From an uncultured Pelagibacteraceae bacterium (GTDB lineage: Bacteria; Pseudomonadota; Alphaproteobacteria; Pelagibacterales; Pelagibacteraceae), in contig CACJDW010000001.1 of assembly GCA_902592275.1 (NCBI GenBank), forward strand, positions 47,175 through 111,174: 64,000 bases of DNA. The letters run 5' to 3'. The notes below the pieces were generated by a model, which saw only the letters and a program-made list of their open reading frames with translations, was not told the DNA's origin and did no database searches. Shown here piece after piece: positions 1 to 9,721 of the stretch; position 1 is the stretch's first letter; each line of letters begins with the position of its first letter. The translations under genes and the position numbers were made by a program.

Positions 1-140
1 ACGTAAGTAATTATTAAAAATAAAAGTAATGGTGCTACAAGAAGAAAGGCTTTGATTTTATTTTTCTTCTCAGCTTTTTTTAAACTGACCTCTAAGGGTA
101 TACCGTCGGTTGTTAGTATTTGTTTTGTTTCAGAGCTCAT
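1..140 (-). CDS. potB: ABC transporter permease, PotB-like (5' part only; runs off window)
   Basis: Read manually on minus strand from ATG at 140: MSSETKQILTTDGIPLEVSLKKAEKKNKIKAFLLVAPLLLFLIITY, a typical PotB N-terminus; lies downstream of potA/potD. Confidence 0.75.
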   Translation of the reverse strand, partial: MSSETKQILTTDGIPLEVSLKKAEKKNKIKAFLLVAPLLLFLIITY

Positions 141-174
141 AAAAAAATAGGGCGGCTAATAAATAACCGCCCTA
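141..174 (-). terminator. Intrinsic terminator-like hairpin between the SBP and permease genes
   Basis: Minus strand TAGGGCGGTTA-TTTAT-TAGCCGCCCTA followed by T7 immediately before the permease ATG. Confidence 0.75.
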
Positions 175-209
175 AATATATTATATAAATTCAGTGTTTA
201 AAACTGAAA

Positions 210-1328
210 TTATAGGCCTGCTTTCATTGCTTCCCACTTTTCACCAATCTCTGTTCCATTGTCTGCCCAGAAGAAAGGATCAACTAAGAAATAGTTCTTA
301 GTGTTTGCAGGAGCTGTTGGCATTTGAGGCATCATCTCTGTTTTACCATCTTTGTACCATGGCTCACCAGCTTTGATTACTTCAAGAGAAGATTTTCTCC
401 ATGGAGCATATGCAATGTACTTCGCACTACCAGCTAACATTTCAGTATTAGTCATCATAGCTAAAGCTTTTTTAGCATTTGCTTCATCTGGACCACCTTT
501 AACAAGTGCGAAATACTCATAGTCTAAACCTTGACCATCCCATACTTGTTTAATTGGAGCACCTTCACCTATTTCAGCGTTAAAGAATCTTCCATTCCAA
601 CCTGTTGCCATTACAACTTCACCTGCAACTAATAATTCAGGCGGTTGAGCACCAGCAGACCAGAATACACATCCACCATTAGGGTCTGTGCAAAGTTTCT
701 TAATTTTGTTCATCGCTCTATCAAGACCACCGTCAGCTTCAAGTTTTCTGTAGATTAATTCTCCACCTTTACCCATTTTTACACCATCAGCAGCTAAAGC
801 GATTTCCAAGTTAGTTAAAGCGCTTTTGTAGATTGCTCTTTTTCCTGGAAATCTTTTTGTGTTAAAGAAGTCCTTAATTGTTTTAGGTTCTTTACCACCA
901 AATGCTCTTGTGTCAAAAGCATAGTTCCAAGAATATAAAATGTTACCTACAGCACATTCACTTGGCATTCCTGTGAAGAAGTCTTCACTTGCAGGAGTTC
1001 CATCTGGTGCAGCTGGGAAGTCTTTGTCAAAATCAAATTTAACAAATAAACCTTCATCACATCCGTTAATAGTATCGAATGCAAATAAGTCTATAATATC
1101 CCAAGTTATAGCACCTGCTTCTTTTTGTGCTTTGATCTCTGATAAACCACCAGAATAGTCAACCCAGTTAATTTCTATTCCAAGCGCTTTAGCAGTAGGA
1201 TCACCATACCCAAGCTTTTGAGACTCTGTATAAGCTCCACCCCATGATGCGACTGTAACTGCAAATGAAGATGTAGTTATTGAAAGAGCAAAAGAAAGAG
1301 CAAGTAATAATTTACTTAGTTTTTTCAT
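210..1328 (-). CDS. potD: ABC substrate-binding protein, PotD/polyamine-osmolyte family
   Basis: Signal peptide; VASWGG motif, FPGKRA, WNGR; GGAGG SD upstream. Confidence 0.85.
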   Translation of the reverse strand: MKKLSKLLLALSFALSITTSSFAVTVASWGGAYTESQKLGYGDPTAKALGIEINWVDYSGGLSEIKAQKEAGAITWDIIDLFAFDTINGCDEGLFVKFDFDKDFPAAPDGTPASEDFFTGMPSECAVGNILYSWNYAFDTRAFGGKEPKTIKDFFNTKRFPGKRAIYKSALTNLEIALAADGVKMGKGGELIYRKLEADGGLDRAMNKIKKLCTDPNGGCVFWSAGAQPPELLVAGEVVMATGWNGRFFNAEIGEGAPIKQVWDGQGLDYEYFALVKGGPDEANAKKALAMMTNTEMLAGSAKYIAYAPWRKSSLEVIKAGEPWYKDGKTEMMPQMPTAPANTKNYFLVDPFFWADNGTEIGEKWEAMKAGL

Positions 1329-1456
1329 TATTCCTCCGTTTAAACGTTAATATAAATTAATTTATATAAGTAAAAGTACAACAAATAGCTAATGTGAAGT
1401 CAACAGCTGATTTTGTCTTTAAAATGTATATTAGATATACATATTGTTAATTGAAA

Positions 1457-2542
1457 TTATTTTGGATCTAATGCTCTGGCGTCAGCACTATTCCAGCCAA
1501 TATTTATATCTTGACTAACTTTTAATTCTAAATTGGATGTACTATTAGGAACTTTAAGAATAAACTCAGAACTTCCTAAAAGATTTAATCTAACTCTTGT
1601 ATGATCACCATGATAAATTACTTCCTCAATCTTCCCAGTAAACATATTATCCATCTTATCAGTTGGGTTTATTAATGCTCTTTCAGGTCTTAATGAGACT
1701 GTTGTTTTCTCACCTTTAGACTTAACAGAAATTGGATTAGCTAATATTTCTGAATTTGCTAATTTAACTTTGCATTTATCTTTAGCGATATCAACCACCT
1801 CTCCATTAAAAGTATTATTTTCACCAATGAACTCAGCAACAAAAGAATTTACTGGTTTCTCATAAAGTTCTGCTGGATTTGAAAGTTGTTGAACTTTTCC
1901 ATCATTAAATACTGCTATCCTATTTGACATAGTTAATGCCTCACTTTGATCATGAGTTACATATACAACTGTTACACCGATGCTTTCATGAATATGTTTT
2001 ATTTCATATTGCATGCTCTCTCTTAAATTTTTATCTAATGCTCCAAGAGGTTCATCCATTAAAACAACTGCAGGGTCAAATACTAGAGCTCTTGCAACTG
2101 CAACCCTTTGTTGTTGACCACCTGAAAGTTGAGCTGGCATTCTAGTTTCAAATCCATTTAATGAAACCATCGATAAAGCTTTATCAACTTTTTTATCTAT
2201 TTCATCTTTTTCAACTTTTCTTACTCTTAATGGAAAAGCTAAGTTTTCATAAACTGTCATATGTGGAAACAATGCATAGTTCTGAAAAACCATTCCGATA
2301 CCTCTTTTATGAGGAGGAATATTCGAAATTATGTTTCCATCTAATAATATCTCACCATGAGTTGGTGTTTCAAAACCAGCTAACATCATTAAACAAGTTG
2401 TCTTACCTGAACCAGATGGACCAAGCATTGTTATGAATTCGCCTTCTGCAATATCTAATTGAAGATCTTTGACGACAAGAACTTTACCGTCATAACTTTT
2501 ATCCACTTTATCGAACTTTACAAATTCAGGATTTTTAGACAT
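1457..2542 (-). CDS. potA: ABC ATP-binding protein, PotA family
   Basis: Walker A GPSGSGKT, FQNYALFPHM, LSGGQQQR, Walker B MDEPLGALD, C-terminal TOBE-like region. Confidence 0.9.
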   Translation of the reverse strand: MSKNPEFVKFDKVDKSYDGKVLVVKDLQLDIAEGEFITMLGPSGSGKTTCLMMLAGFETPTHGEILLDGNIISNIPPHKRGIGMVFQNYALFPHMTVYENLAFPLRVRKVEKDEIDKKVDKALSMVSLNGFETRMPAQLSGGQQQRVAVARALVFDPAVVLMDEPLGALDKNLRESMQYEIKHIHESIGVTVVYVTHDQSEALTMSNRIAVFNDGKVQQLSNPAELYEKPVNSFVAEFIGENNTFNGEVVDIAKDKCKVKLANSEILANPISVKSKGEKTTVSLRPERALINPTDKMDNMFTGKIEEVIYHGDHTRVRLNLLGSSEFILKVPNSTSNLELKVSQDINIGWNSADARALDPK

Positions 2543-2587
2543 AAAGATGAATATAAAACATTTGTATAAATAGATTTCAATAGCTAA

Positions 2588-3757
2588 TTAACTCTTTATA
2601 TGGAGCTCTTTTGGAAAATTACAAAACAATTCTGATCCATTCTCTGTAACTCTAATAGCCTCTGAAGCTTCAACCCCCCAATCTCCAAACTGCATCACCG
2701 CAATCATGTGAAAACAAACATTGGGCTCAAGAACCGTCATGTCTCCTTTATAAATATTAAGTGTATGCTCACCCCAGTCAGGAGGATAACCAATTCCAAT
2801 CGAATAACCTGTTCTAGATTTTTTTTCTATTCCATATTTATCTAAAACTTTCCAAAAAGACTGAGCAACATCATCTGCGGTATTACCTGGTTTGATTGCA
2901 CTAATTCCAGCATTCAATGCTTCTATTGTTTTGTTCATTGTATCAATTTTTAATTGATTGGGTTTTCCAAGCAGAACTGTTCTAGCCATTGGAGCATGAT
3001 ATCGCTTATAAACTCCAGATAATTCAATAATTGTAGCCTCTCCTTCTACAAACTTGTCTTGTGTTGCTGTTAAGTGTGATGCTGAAGTTCCTTTTCCAGT
3101 TGGAAGTAAAGTTGCAATACTAGAGTATTCTCCTCCAAATTCCTCTGTACCATAAAATAAAGTCTTTTGAATTTCCCCTACTGCATCACACTGTCTAACA
3201 CCTGGTTTAATAACCTCCATTGCCGTCTTCATTCCTCTTTCAGAAATTTTTGCTGCAGATTTCATAAAACCAATTTCAGCATCTGATTTAACTAATCTTG
3301 CCCAGTTAACTAAACGATCGCTATCTTTAATTTTTGCATTAGGTAATCCTTGTTTTATTTTTTCATAACAGAATGCAGTAAAATAATGCGCATCCATTTC
3401 AACACCTATATTTAGCTTATCCCACTTTCGCTCTTTAATTATCTCAACTAAATAATCATAGGGATGTTTTGGCCATGTATGAATATAGTTTTCGTCATAC
3501 ACTAAAATATTTTCATCTTTTAAATAAGTTTTAATGTACGCACCACCTGCATCTTGAGCTCTAACAAAACACAAAGGTTCATCTGCATTTGCATGAACAA
3601 TAGCACATTGCGCGTAATAAAAAGACCAAGCATCATAGCCTGTTAGGTAATTCATATTATTTGTGTCATGTGAAATTAAAAGCTCGATGCCTTTTTCTTG
3701 CATCATTTTTTGAACTTTTGTTAATCTTTCTTTATATTCTTCTTTAGTGAATAGCAT
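2588..3757 (-). CDS. doeA: M24-family ectoine hydrolase DoeA/EutD-like
   Basis: GYDAWSFY and GYSIGIGYPPDWGE motifs typical of DoeA/EutD; adjacent to an eutA-like gene. Confidence 0.75.
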   Translation of the reverse strand: MLFTKEEYKERLTKVQKMMQEKGIELLISHDTNNMNYLTGYDAWSFYYAQCAIVHANADEPLCFVRAQDAGGAYIKTYLKDENILVYDENYIHTWPKHPYDYLVEIIKERKWDKLNIGVEMDAHYFTAFCYEKIKQGLPNAKIKDSDRLVNWARLVKSDAEIGFMKSAAKISERGMKTAMEVIKPGVRQCDAVGEIQKTLFYGTEEFGGEYSSIATLLPTGKGTSASHLTATQDKFVEGEATIIELSGVYKRYHAPMARTVLLGKPNQLKIDTMNKTIEALNAGISAIKPGNTADDVAQSFWKVLDKYGIEKKSRTGYSIGIGYPPDWGEHTLNIYKGDMTVLEPNVCFHMIAVMQFGDWGVEASEAIRVTENGSELFCNFPKELHIKS

Positions 3758-4503
3758 TAATTAACTTGGAACAATTTTCCAAACCCTTCTACTGAATTAT
3801 TTTTTTTTATTTTTACAAGGGTATCCCAAATTAAAGCCTGATTACTAGATAAAACTATTGTATTTAATTTTTTTTCTAATTTATCGATAATTTCTAGAAC
3901 TGGTAAAGCGGTACATGAAACAAATAAAGCATCTGCTCCATTCAAATCTATTTTTGATAATACTTCATACAAATAATCTTGATCAACTTTTCCAATGTCA
4001 TAATCATCCTGAATATCAAAGTATGAATTTGAAGTAACTTCAAAACCTTCGCTTTTAAAATAATCTAAAACATCATCATTTAATTTTTTGCTATATGGTG
4101 TAAAAATTGAAACTTTCTTAATCTTTAATTTCTTTAACGCTTTAATAGCTGCAGTGCTAGGAGTTGAAACTTCAGCCATAGGTTTTGCAACTTTGACCTT
4201 TTTTTCTATTGAGTTATGACCAGCTGCAATAGTTCCCGAAGTACATCCATAAACTACACAATCCAAATCTTGATCTGGCAGAATGTCTTTAGTGACTTCC
4301 GTAACTTTATTAGCCATTTTGATCAGGTTTTCTTTCGTGAGAGGGTTGTAGCATTCAATACGATTAACAAAAAAATCTATTTTCCTATTTTTAATCACAT
4401 TAATAAAATCTTTTTCAATCATAAAGTCACTTGCAAGTGCAATTAAGCCAACTCTTGGATTGGCTTGGCCAATAAATTTTGGATCTATTTTTGTTGAATT
4501 CAT
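3757..4503 (-). CDS. eutA: Asp/Glu racemase/maleate-isomerase family protein, ectoine utilization EutA-like
   Basis: GLIALASD, YGCTSG, FTPY, FVSCTAL, SSNQA motifs with two catalytic-type Cys. Confidence 0.7.
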   Translation of the reverse strand: MNSTKIDPKFIGQANPRVGLIALASDFMIEKDFINVIKNRKIDFFVNRIECYNPLTKENLIKMANKVTEVTKDILPDQDLDCVVYGCTSGTIAAGHNSIEKKVKVAKPMAEVSTPSTAAIKALKKLKIKKVSIFTPYSKKLNDDVLDYFKSEGFEVTSNSYFDIQDDYDIGKVDQDYLYEVLSKIDLNGADALFVSCTALPVLEIIDKLEKKLNTIVLSSNQALIWDTLVKIKKNNSVEGFGKLFQVN

Positions 4504-4560
4504 ATTTTAAAAAGTGAATATATCACAAGTTCTTTAATAATCATTAATATTAAAATAGGC

Positions 4561-5433
4561 ATGAATATAAAAGATACTTTTGTAGCTTCCTTGGTGCCTA
4601 TATTTTTAGGCTTTGGTTTTGTAATTGCAAAACCTGCTTTTGAATCTTTCCCACCTATACTTTTAATGGGCATAAGGTTTACATTTGCTGCATCATTATT
4701 AATTTGGTGGTTTCCAATACCAAAAGGGTATTTAAAAAGAATATTTGCTGCATCATTAGTGGCTAACACTTTGCAATATAGTATTACATATACTGGTTTA
4801 GATTTAATTGATGCATCTGCTGCTGTTCTTTTAGTCCAAACAGAAGTTCCTTTTGGAGTTATTTTTGCCTACTTCATATTGAGAGAAAAACCAACTATTA
4901 GAGCTTTGATAGGAATAGCAATCGCCTTTGTAGGTGTGTATATTTTGACTGGATCTCCTAACTTGGATGGAAAATTTATTGGAATTGGTCTTACAATTTT
5001 AGGCTCTGCCGTATGGGCTCTTGGACAAGTTATGGTTAAACCTTTAAGCAAAGAAATAAATCCTTTAGCTTTAGTTGCTTGGTTAGCATTTTTCTCTGGG
5101 CCAATTTTAATAATGCTTTCATCAATAATTGATGGAAATACAATTAATTATTTAACAACTGCAAAATTTGATCATTGGATCATTGCAATTTATATTGGCT
5201 TCATTATGCAACCAATTACTTACGGTTGTTTCTATTATGTTTTAAAAAACAACCCACTTTATAAAGTACTTCCTATTGTTACTATGGGTATACCACCAAC
5301 AGGCTTATTAGCTGCAATTTTTCTTTTAGGAGAAAAACCAACTCCAGAACTATTTATAGGTGGTGCAATAATTATAGTAGGGGTAATTTTGATTGTATTT
5401 ACAAAAAATAAAAAAGAAGAGGAAATAAAATGA
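4561..5433 (+). CDS. EamA/DMT family transporter
   Basis: About 10 hydrophobic segments; repeated EamA signatures (ILREK, LLGEK). Confidence 0.85.
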   Translation: MNIKDTFVASLVPIFLGFGFVIAKPAFESFPPILLMGIRFTFAASLLIWWFPIPKGYLKRIFAASLVANTLQYSITYTGLDLIDASAAVLLVQTEVPFGVIFAYFILREKPTIRALIGIAIAFVGVYILTGSPNLDGKFIGIGLTILGSAVWALGQVMVKPLSKEINPLALVAWLAFFSGPILIMLSSIIDGNTINYLTTAKFDHWIIAIYIGFIMQPITYGCFYYVLKNNPLYKVLPIVTMGIPPTGLLAAIFLLGEKPTPELFIGGAIIIVGVILIVFTKNKKEEEIK

Positions 5434-6371
5434 AAATAGGTTTTATTGGTTTAGGAAATGTAGGCGGTAAACTAGCTGGAAGCTTAATAAGAAATAATTT
5501 TGATGTTACTGTTAGAGAAATAGATGAAAGTTTAACAAATGAATTTAAAATGCTAGGTGCTAAAGTTGCAAAGTCTCCTAAAGAATTGGCAGAACAAACT
5601 GATCTAATTATTACTTCGCTTCCTTCACCTGAAGTTTCTGCGGAAGTTATGGAAAGTGAAGATGGAATTCTAAATGGTTTATCAGAAAATAAAATTTGGT
5701 TAGAAATGAGCACAACAGATGAGGAAGAGGTTAAAAGACTTGGAAATAAAGTAATATCAAAAAAAGCTATCCCACTAGATGGACCTGTTAGTGGAGGATG
5801 TCATAGAGCGGCCACAGGTAATATTACAATATTTGTAGGTGGAGACAGAAAAGCTTTCGAAAAAATTTTACCAGCCTTAACTGTAATGGGTAGAAACATA
5901 TTACATACTGGTGAATTAGGTAGTGCATCAGTTCTTAAAGTCATAACAAATTATTTAGCATCAGTTCATTTGGTAGCATTAGGTGAGGCATGGACTGTTG
6001 CAAAAAAATCAAATTTAGATCTAGCTAAAACATTTAAGGGTATTGCAGTTTCATCAGGAAACTCATTTGTCCATGAAACAGAAAGCCAGGTTATTTTAAA
6101 TGGTTCTTATAATATTAATTTCACAATGGATCTTGTTCTAAAAGATACTGGGTTATTCGATAATCTAGCAAAGAAATTAAATGCTCCTTTAGAAATTTCT
6201 CCAAAAATAGTTGAGATATTTAAAGATGGACAAAAAAAATATGGTTCAAGAGCATGGTCATCAATGATTGTCAAAAGAATGGAAGATTTAAATAAAATTG
6301 ATTTTAGAGCTAAGGGTTTTCCAGAAGAGTTAACAGATAATGAGCCCGAGGAAAAAGGTTATGAAATATAA
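5430..6371 (+). CDS. NAD(P)-dependent oxidoreductase, 3-hydroxyisobutyrate dehydrogenase family
   Basis: IGFIGLGNVG Rossmann motif, DGPVSGG, catalytic K in LKVITNYL. Confidence 0.85.
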   Translation: MKIGFIGLGNVGGKLAGSLIRNNFDVTVREIDESLTNEFKMLGAKVAKSPKELAEQTDLIITSLPSPEVSAEVMESEDGILNGLSENKIWLEMSTTDEEEVKRLGNKVISKKAIPLDGPVSGGCHRAATGNITIFVGGDRKAFEKILPALTVMGRNILHTGELGSASVLKVITNYLASVHLVALGEAWTVAKKSNLDLAKTFKGIAVSSGNSFVHETESQVILNGSYNINFTMDLVLKDTGLFDNLAKKLNAPLEISPKIVEIFKDGQKKYGSRAWSSMIVKRMEDLNKIDFRAKGFPEELTDNEPEEKGYEI

Positions 6372-6392
6372 AAAGTATGATAAAATACTAAT

Positions 6393-7823
6393 ATGCTAGA
6401 TAAAAGAAAGTTCTACATAGATGGTAAATGGGTTGATCCTATTAAAAAAAATGACTTTGAGGTAATTAATCCATGTAATGAGGATGCTTGTGCAATTATC
6501 TCATTAGGTTCAAAAGAAGATACAGATAATGCTGTAAGAGCTGCAAAAAAAGCGTTTGATAGCTTTAAAGAAACAAGCAAAGAAGAAAGATTAGATTTAC
6601 TAGAAAGATTATTAGCTGTTTATAAAAAAAGATTTGGAGAAATGGCAGAAGCTATTTCACTAGAAATGGGAGCACCTATGGATTGGGCTACAGATGTACA
6701 AACTGCATCAGGACAAGCTCACTTAGAAGATTTTATAATTAGACTTAAAGAATTTAAGTTTGATGAGCATTTTGATGAAAAATCAAACAACCATATCTAC
6801 TATGAACCAATTGGTGTTTGTGGATTAATAACTCCATGGAACTGGCCAATTAATCAAATAGCTCTAAAAGTAGTTCCAGCGATTGCAACTGGATGCACAA
6901 TGATTTTAAAGCCATCTGAAATAGCACCAATATCTGCAATGTTATTTGCAGAAATGATTGATGAAGTTGGATTTCCAAAAGGTGTTTTCAACCTAGTGAA
7001 CGGAGATGGTGCTGGAGTTGGAACTCAAATTTCAAGTCATCCTGATATTGATATGGTTTCATTTACGGGTTCAACAAGAGCTGGAAGATTGATTTCAAAA
7101 AACGCTGCAGAAACAATAAAGAGAGTCTGTTTAGAACTTGGAGGAAAAGGTGGAAATATAGTTTTTGCAGATAGTTATAAAAATGCAGTTCGCGATGGCA
7201 TAAGAAACGTAATGAGTAACTCAGGTCAATCCTGTGATGCACCTACAAGAATGCTAGTTGAAAAATCAATTTATCAAAGAGCTGTAGATGATGCGGTTGA
7301 TGAGGCAAATAAAATAGGAGTCGACCAAGCATCTAAAAAAGGAGATCATATAGGACCTGTTATTTCAAAAACTCAGTACGATAAAATAATTGGTTTGATT
7401 GAAAGTGGAATTAAAGAGGGTGCAACATTAGCAGCAGGAGGCCCTGAATTGCCTAATGGGTTGAACAAAGGTTATTTTATTAAACCGACAATTTTCACAG
7501 ATGTTACAAATGAAATGAGAATAGCAAAAGAAGAAATATTTGGTCCAGTTTTATCAATTATTCCATTTGAAACTGAAGATGAGGCAGTTAATATTGTTAA
7601 TGATACTTCATATGGTTTAGGAAATTATTTACAAACTGAAGATAGAGAAAAGGCTCATAGAGTTGCAAAAAAACTAAGATCAGGCTGCGTTTATATAAAT
7701 GGAAATGCTGCAGACGCAGGAACTCCATTTGGAGGATATAGGCAATCAGGAAACGGAAGAGAGGGAGGTGTTTGGGGTCTTGAAGAATATCTAGAGGTAA
7801 AAACTGTAACTGGCTGGAATTAA
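6393..7823 (+). CDS. Aldehyde dehydrogenase
   Basis: ITPWNWP, FTGSTRAG, LELGGKG, GQSC catalytic Cys, EEIFGP, PFGGYRQSG. Confidence 0.92.
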   Translation: MLDKRKFYIDGKWVDPIKKNDFEVINPCNEDACAIISLGSKEDTDNAVRAAKKAFDSFKETSKEERLDLLERLLAVYKKRFGEMAEAISLEMGAPMDWATDVQTASGQAHLEDFIIRLKEFKFDEHFDEKSNNHIYYEPIGVCGLITPWNWPINQIALKVVPAIATGCTMILKPSEIAPISAMLFAEMIDEVGFPKGVFNLVNGDGAGVGTQISSHPDIDMVSFTGSTRAGRLISKNAAETIKRVCLELGGKGGNIVFADSYKNAVRDGIRNVMSNSGQSCDAPTRMLVEKSIYQRAVDDAVDEANKIGVDQASKKGDHIGPVISKTQYDKIIGLIESGIKEGATLAAGGPELPNGLNKGYFIKPTIFTDVTNEMRIAKEEIFGPVLSIIPFETEDEAVNIVNDTSYGLGNYLQTEDREKAHRVAKKLRSGCVYINGNAADAGTPFGGYRQSGNGREGGVWGLEEYLEVKTVTGWN

Positions 7824-7835
7824 TTTCATTAATTT

Positions 7836-8468
7836 ATGCACCTAATCCATCGTGGGATCATCAATAAAAATCACAAAGAAAACTTACTAAAATCTTTTCT
7901 ACAATCATTTAAAAAAGGATATGGAATTGAAACAGATATTCATGCAACAAAAGATGAAAAATTTATTTGTTTTCACGACTTTACTCTAAAGAGAATTTTT
8001 AAAGATAAATCTAGTATAAAAAATTTAAATTATTCAGATATTGAAAAAATAACTAAAAAAAAAATACCACTATTAAATGATATTCTTAAAGCATCAAAAA
8101 ATAAGTATTTTTTGTTTATTGAAATAAAACCATTTTTTTCGAAAAAAATCTTAAAAAAACTAGTAAGTGAAACTTCTGATTATTCTAAATGTGTATTTAT
8201 TTCTTTTAAACACAAAAATATTTATGACCTTTTAAAAATTAATAAAAAAATTAAAGTTGGACTTTCTTTTCATCCACCATCAAGTATTAAATCAATCATC
8301 AAAAAATCATTAAATAAAAATATAAATTGCTTAGTTTTAGATAAATCATATTTAGAAAATAAAAGTATAAAGAAGATTAATAAGGATAAGTATTTTTATA
8401 CAATCAAAACTAAATCTGAGTTTAAAAAATATAATAAAGAAAATAATCTTATTTTTGAAAATTTATAA
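7836..8468 (+). CDS. Glycerophosphodiester phosphodiesterase (GDPD) family protein
   Basis: IHRG, EN, IETD, HD and IEIK motifs of the GDPD domain. Confidence 0.8.
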   Translation: MHLIHRGIINKNHKENLLKSFLQSFKKGYGIETDIHATKDEKFICFHDFTLKRIFKDKSSIKNLNYSDIEKITKKKIPLLNDILKASKNKYFLFIEIKPFFSKKILKKLVSETSDYSKCVFISFKHKNIYDLLKINKKIKVGLSFHPPSSIKSIIKKSLNKNINCLVLDKSYLENKSIKKINKDKYFYTIKTKSEFKKYNKENNLIFENL

Positions 8469-9593
8469 TTATCTTTTTAGATAATTTAATCTGCCAACTA
8501 TTTCGTCTCGATCCATATAATAACCTTGCAGATGCCTATGACCAGAATTTGGATTAAATTCAGTTCTACCATGAAGAACTCTTCTATTGTTAAATGAAAA
8601 AATATCACCAGGCTCTAATCTGAAATTAATTTGATATTTTGGATCGTGAAGAAGATTTCCAAATCTATGATGAGCTTTGTAAGCTTTTTCCATAACTTCA
8701 GGGCTACAATCTAATACATCCATAGTTGCAACACTAAATCTTACATCATTAAAATCTCCATCTTTAGTTAAAGTTATTGCTGGAGCATGAAAATGTCTGT
8801 GCGCTTCTTGCGTATAATCCTTATCTTTAAACTTAAAAGGAACATTAACTAACGTATCAAATATTTCTTTTTCATTTTCTCTTAAATAATCGGCAACTTT
8901 AAACGCATCTATTGCTGAAGAATTTCCCCCTTCTGCAGAATTTATAAGACAATGAAGAAACTGATACCCTGGAGGATTTTCAAACCAAGGAAGATCCATG
9001 TGATTTCTCAATGCATGAGCTGTATAAGCAGAATTATTTGGTTTTGGAATATTAATTACTTCAAACGGAGTTTTAAAAAAAGTTTCTCGTGTATGACTTA
9101 TACGATTTAAAACTTTTAATGCGGAGTTTGTTTCAACAGGTGCATTTTTAACAATTGAAATGCCTGTATGATGTAAGAGCTCTAGCCATTTAATCAATCC
9201 TTCTTCAGAATTCATTATTTCATCATGATCAATTTGAATAGAAGCTAAATTGTTTTCTAATGAATTATCCCAAAGTGTGTATGGAGATAGATATTTTTTT
9301 TTATTATTAATTGTGTAGCAATTTTCTCTTAACCATTTAGGATCATAATGACTTGTGTGATCTCCCTCACTCCATTCGATTTCTAGTTTGCCATCTGAAC
9401 TCACTGAATAATTTTTAGGATTAATATTTTGGGAAACATTCAAAATATTAAACATTCTATGTCTTGAATCTTTATCATGTGCAGTTGGGCAATTATCTCT
9501 TAACCAAAGATAATTAAATTTGCTTTCTTCTCCATCGTTCCAAATAACTTTTAAATATGTAGAATTTTTCTCAAGCTTTGAAATTTCACTCAT
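8469..9593 (-). CDS. Gamma-butyrobetaine hydroxylase-like Fe(II)/2OG dioxygenase (TauD superfamily with N-terminal GBBH-like domain)
   Basis: WLRDNC N-terminal motif, HMD (HxD), QFLHC, NRRVLHGR, RHLQGYYMDRD. Confidence 0.8.
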   Translation of the reverse strand: MSEISKLEKNSTYLKVIWNDGEESKFNYLWLRDNCPTAHDKDSRHRMFNILNVSQNINPKNYSVSSDGKLEIEWSEGDHTSHYDPKWLRENCYTINNKKKYLSPYTLWDNSLENNLASIQIDHDEIMNSEEGLIKWLELLHHTGISIVKNAPVETNSALKVLNRISHTRETFFKTPFEVINIPKPNNSAYTAHALRNHMDLPWFENPPGYQFLHCLINSAEGGNSSAIDAFKVADYLRENEKEIFDTLVNVPFKFKDKDYTQEAHRHFHAPAITLTKDGDFNDVRFSVATMDVLDCSPEVMEKAYKAHHRFGNLLHDPKYQINFRLEPGDIFSFNNRRVLHGRTEFNPNSGHRHLQGYYMDRDEIVGRLNYLKR

Positions 9594-9721
9594 AATTAAT
9601 CTTTATATAAACGAGTAACCAAATCAACTCAATTAATAGTTGTATTACAAATTGACTTGTTTTTTTCCTTTAATCATTATTAAATCTCCATATTAAAACT
9701 TAACCTTAAGGAGATAATTTA

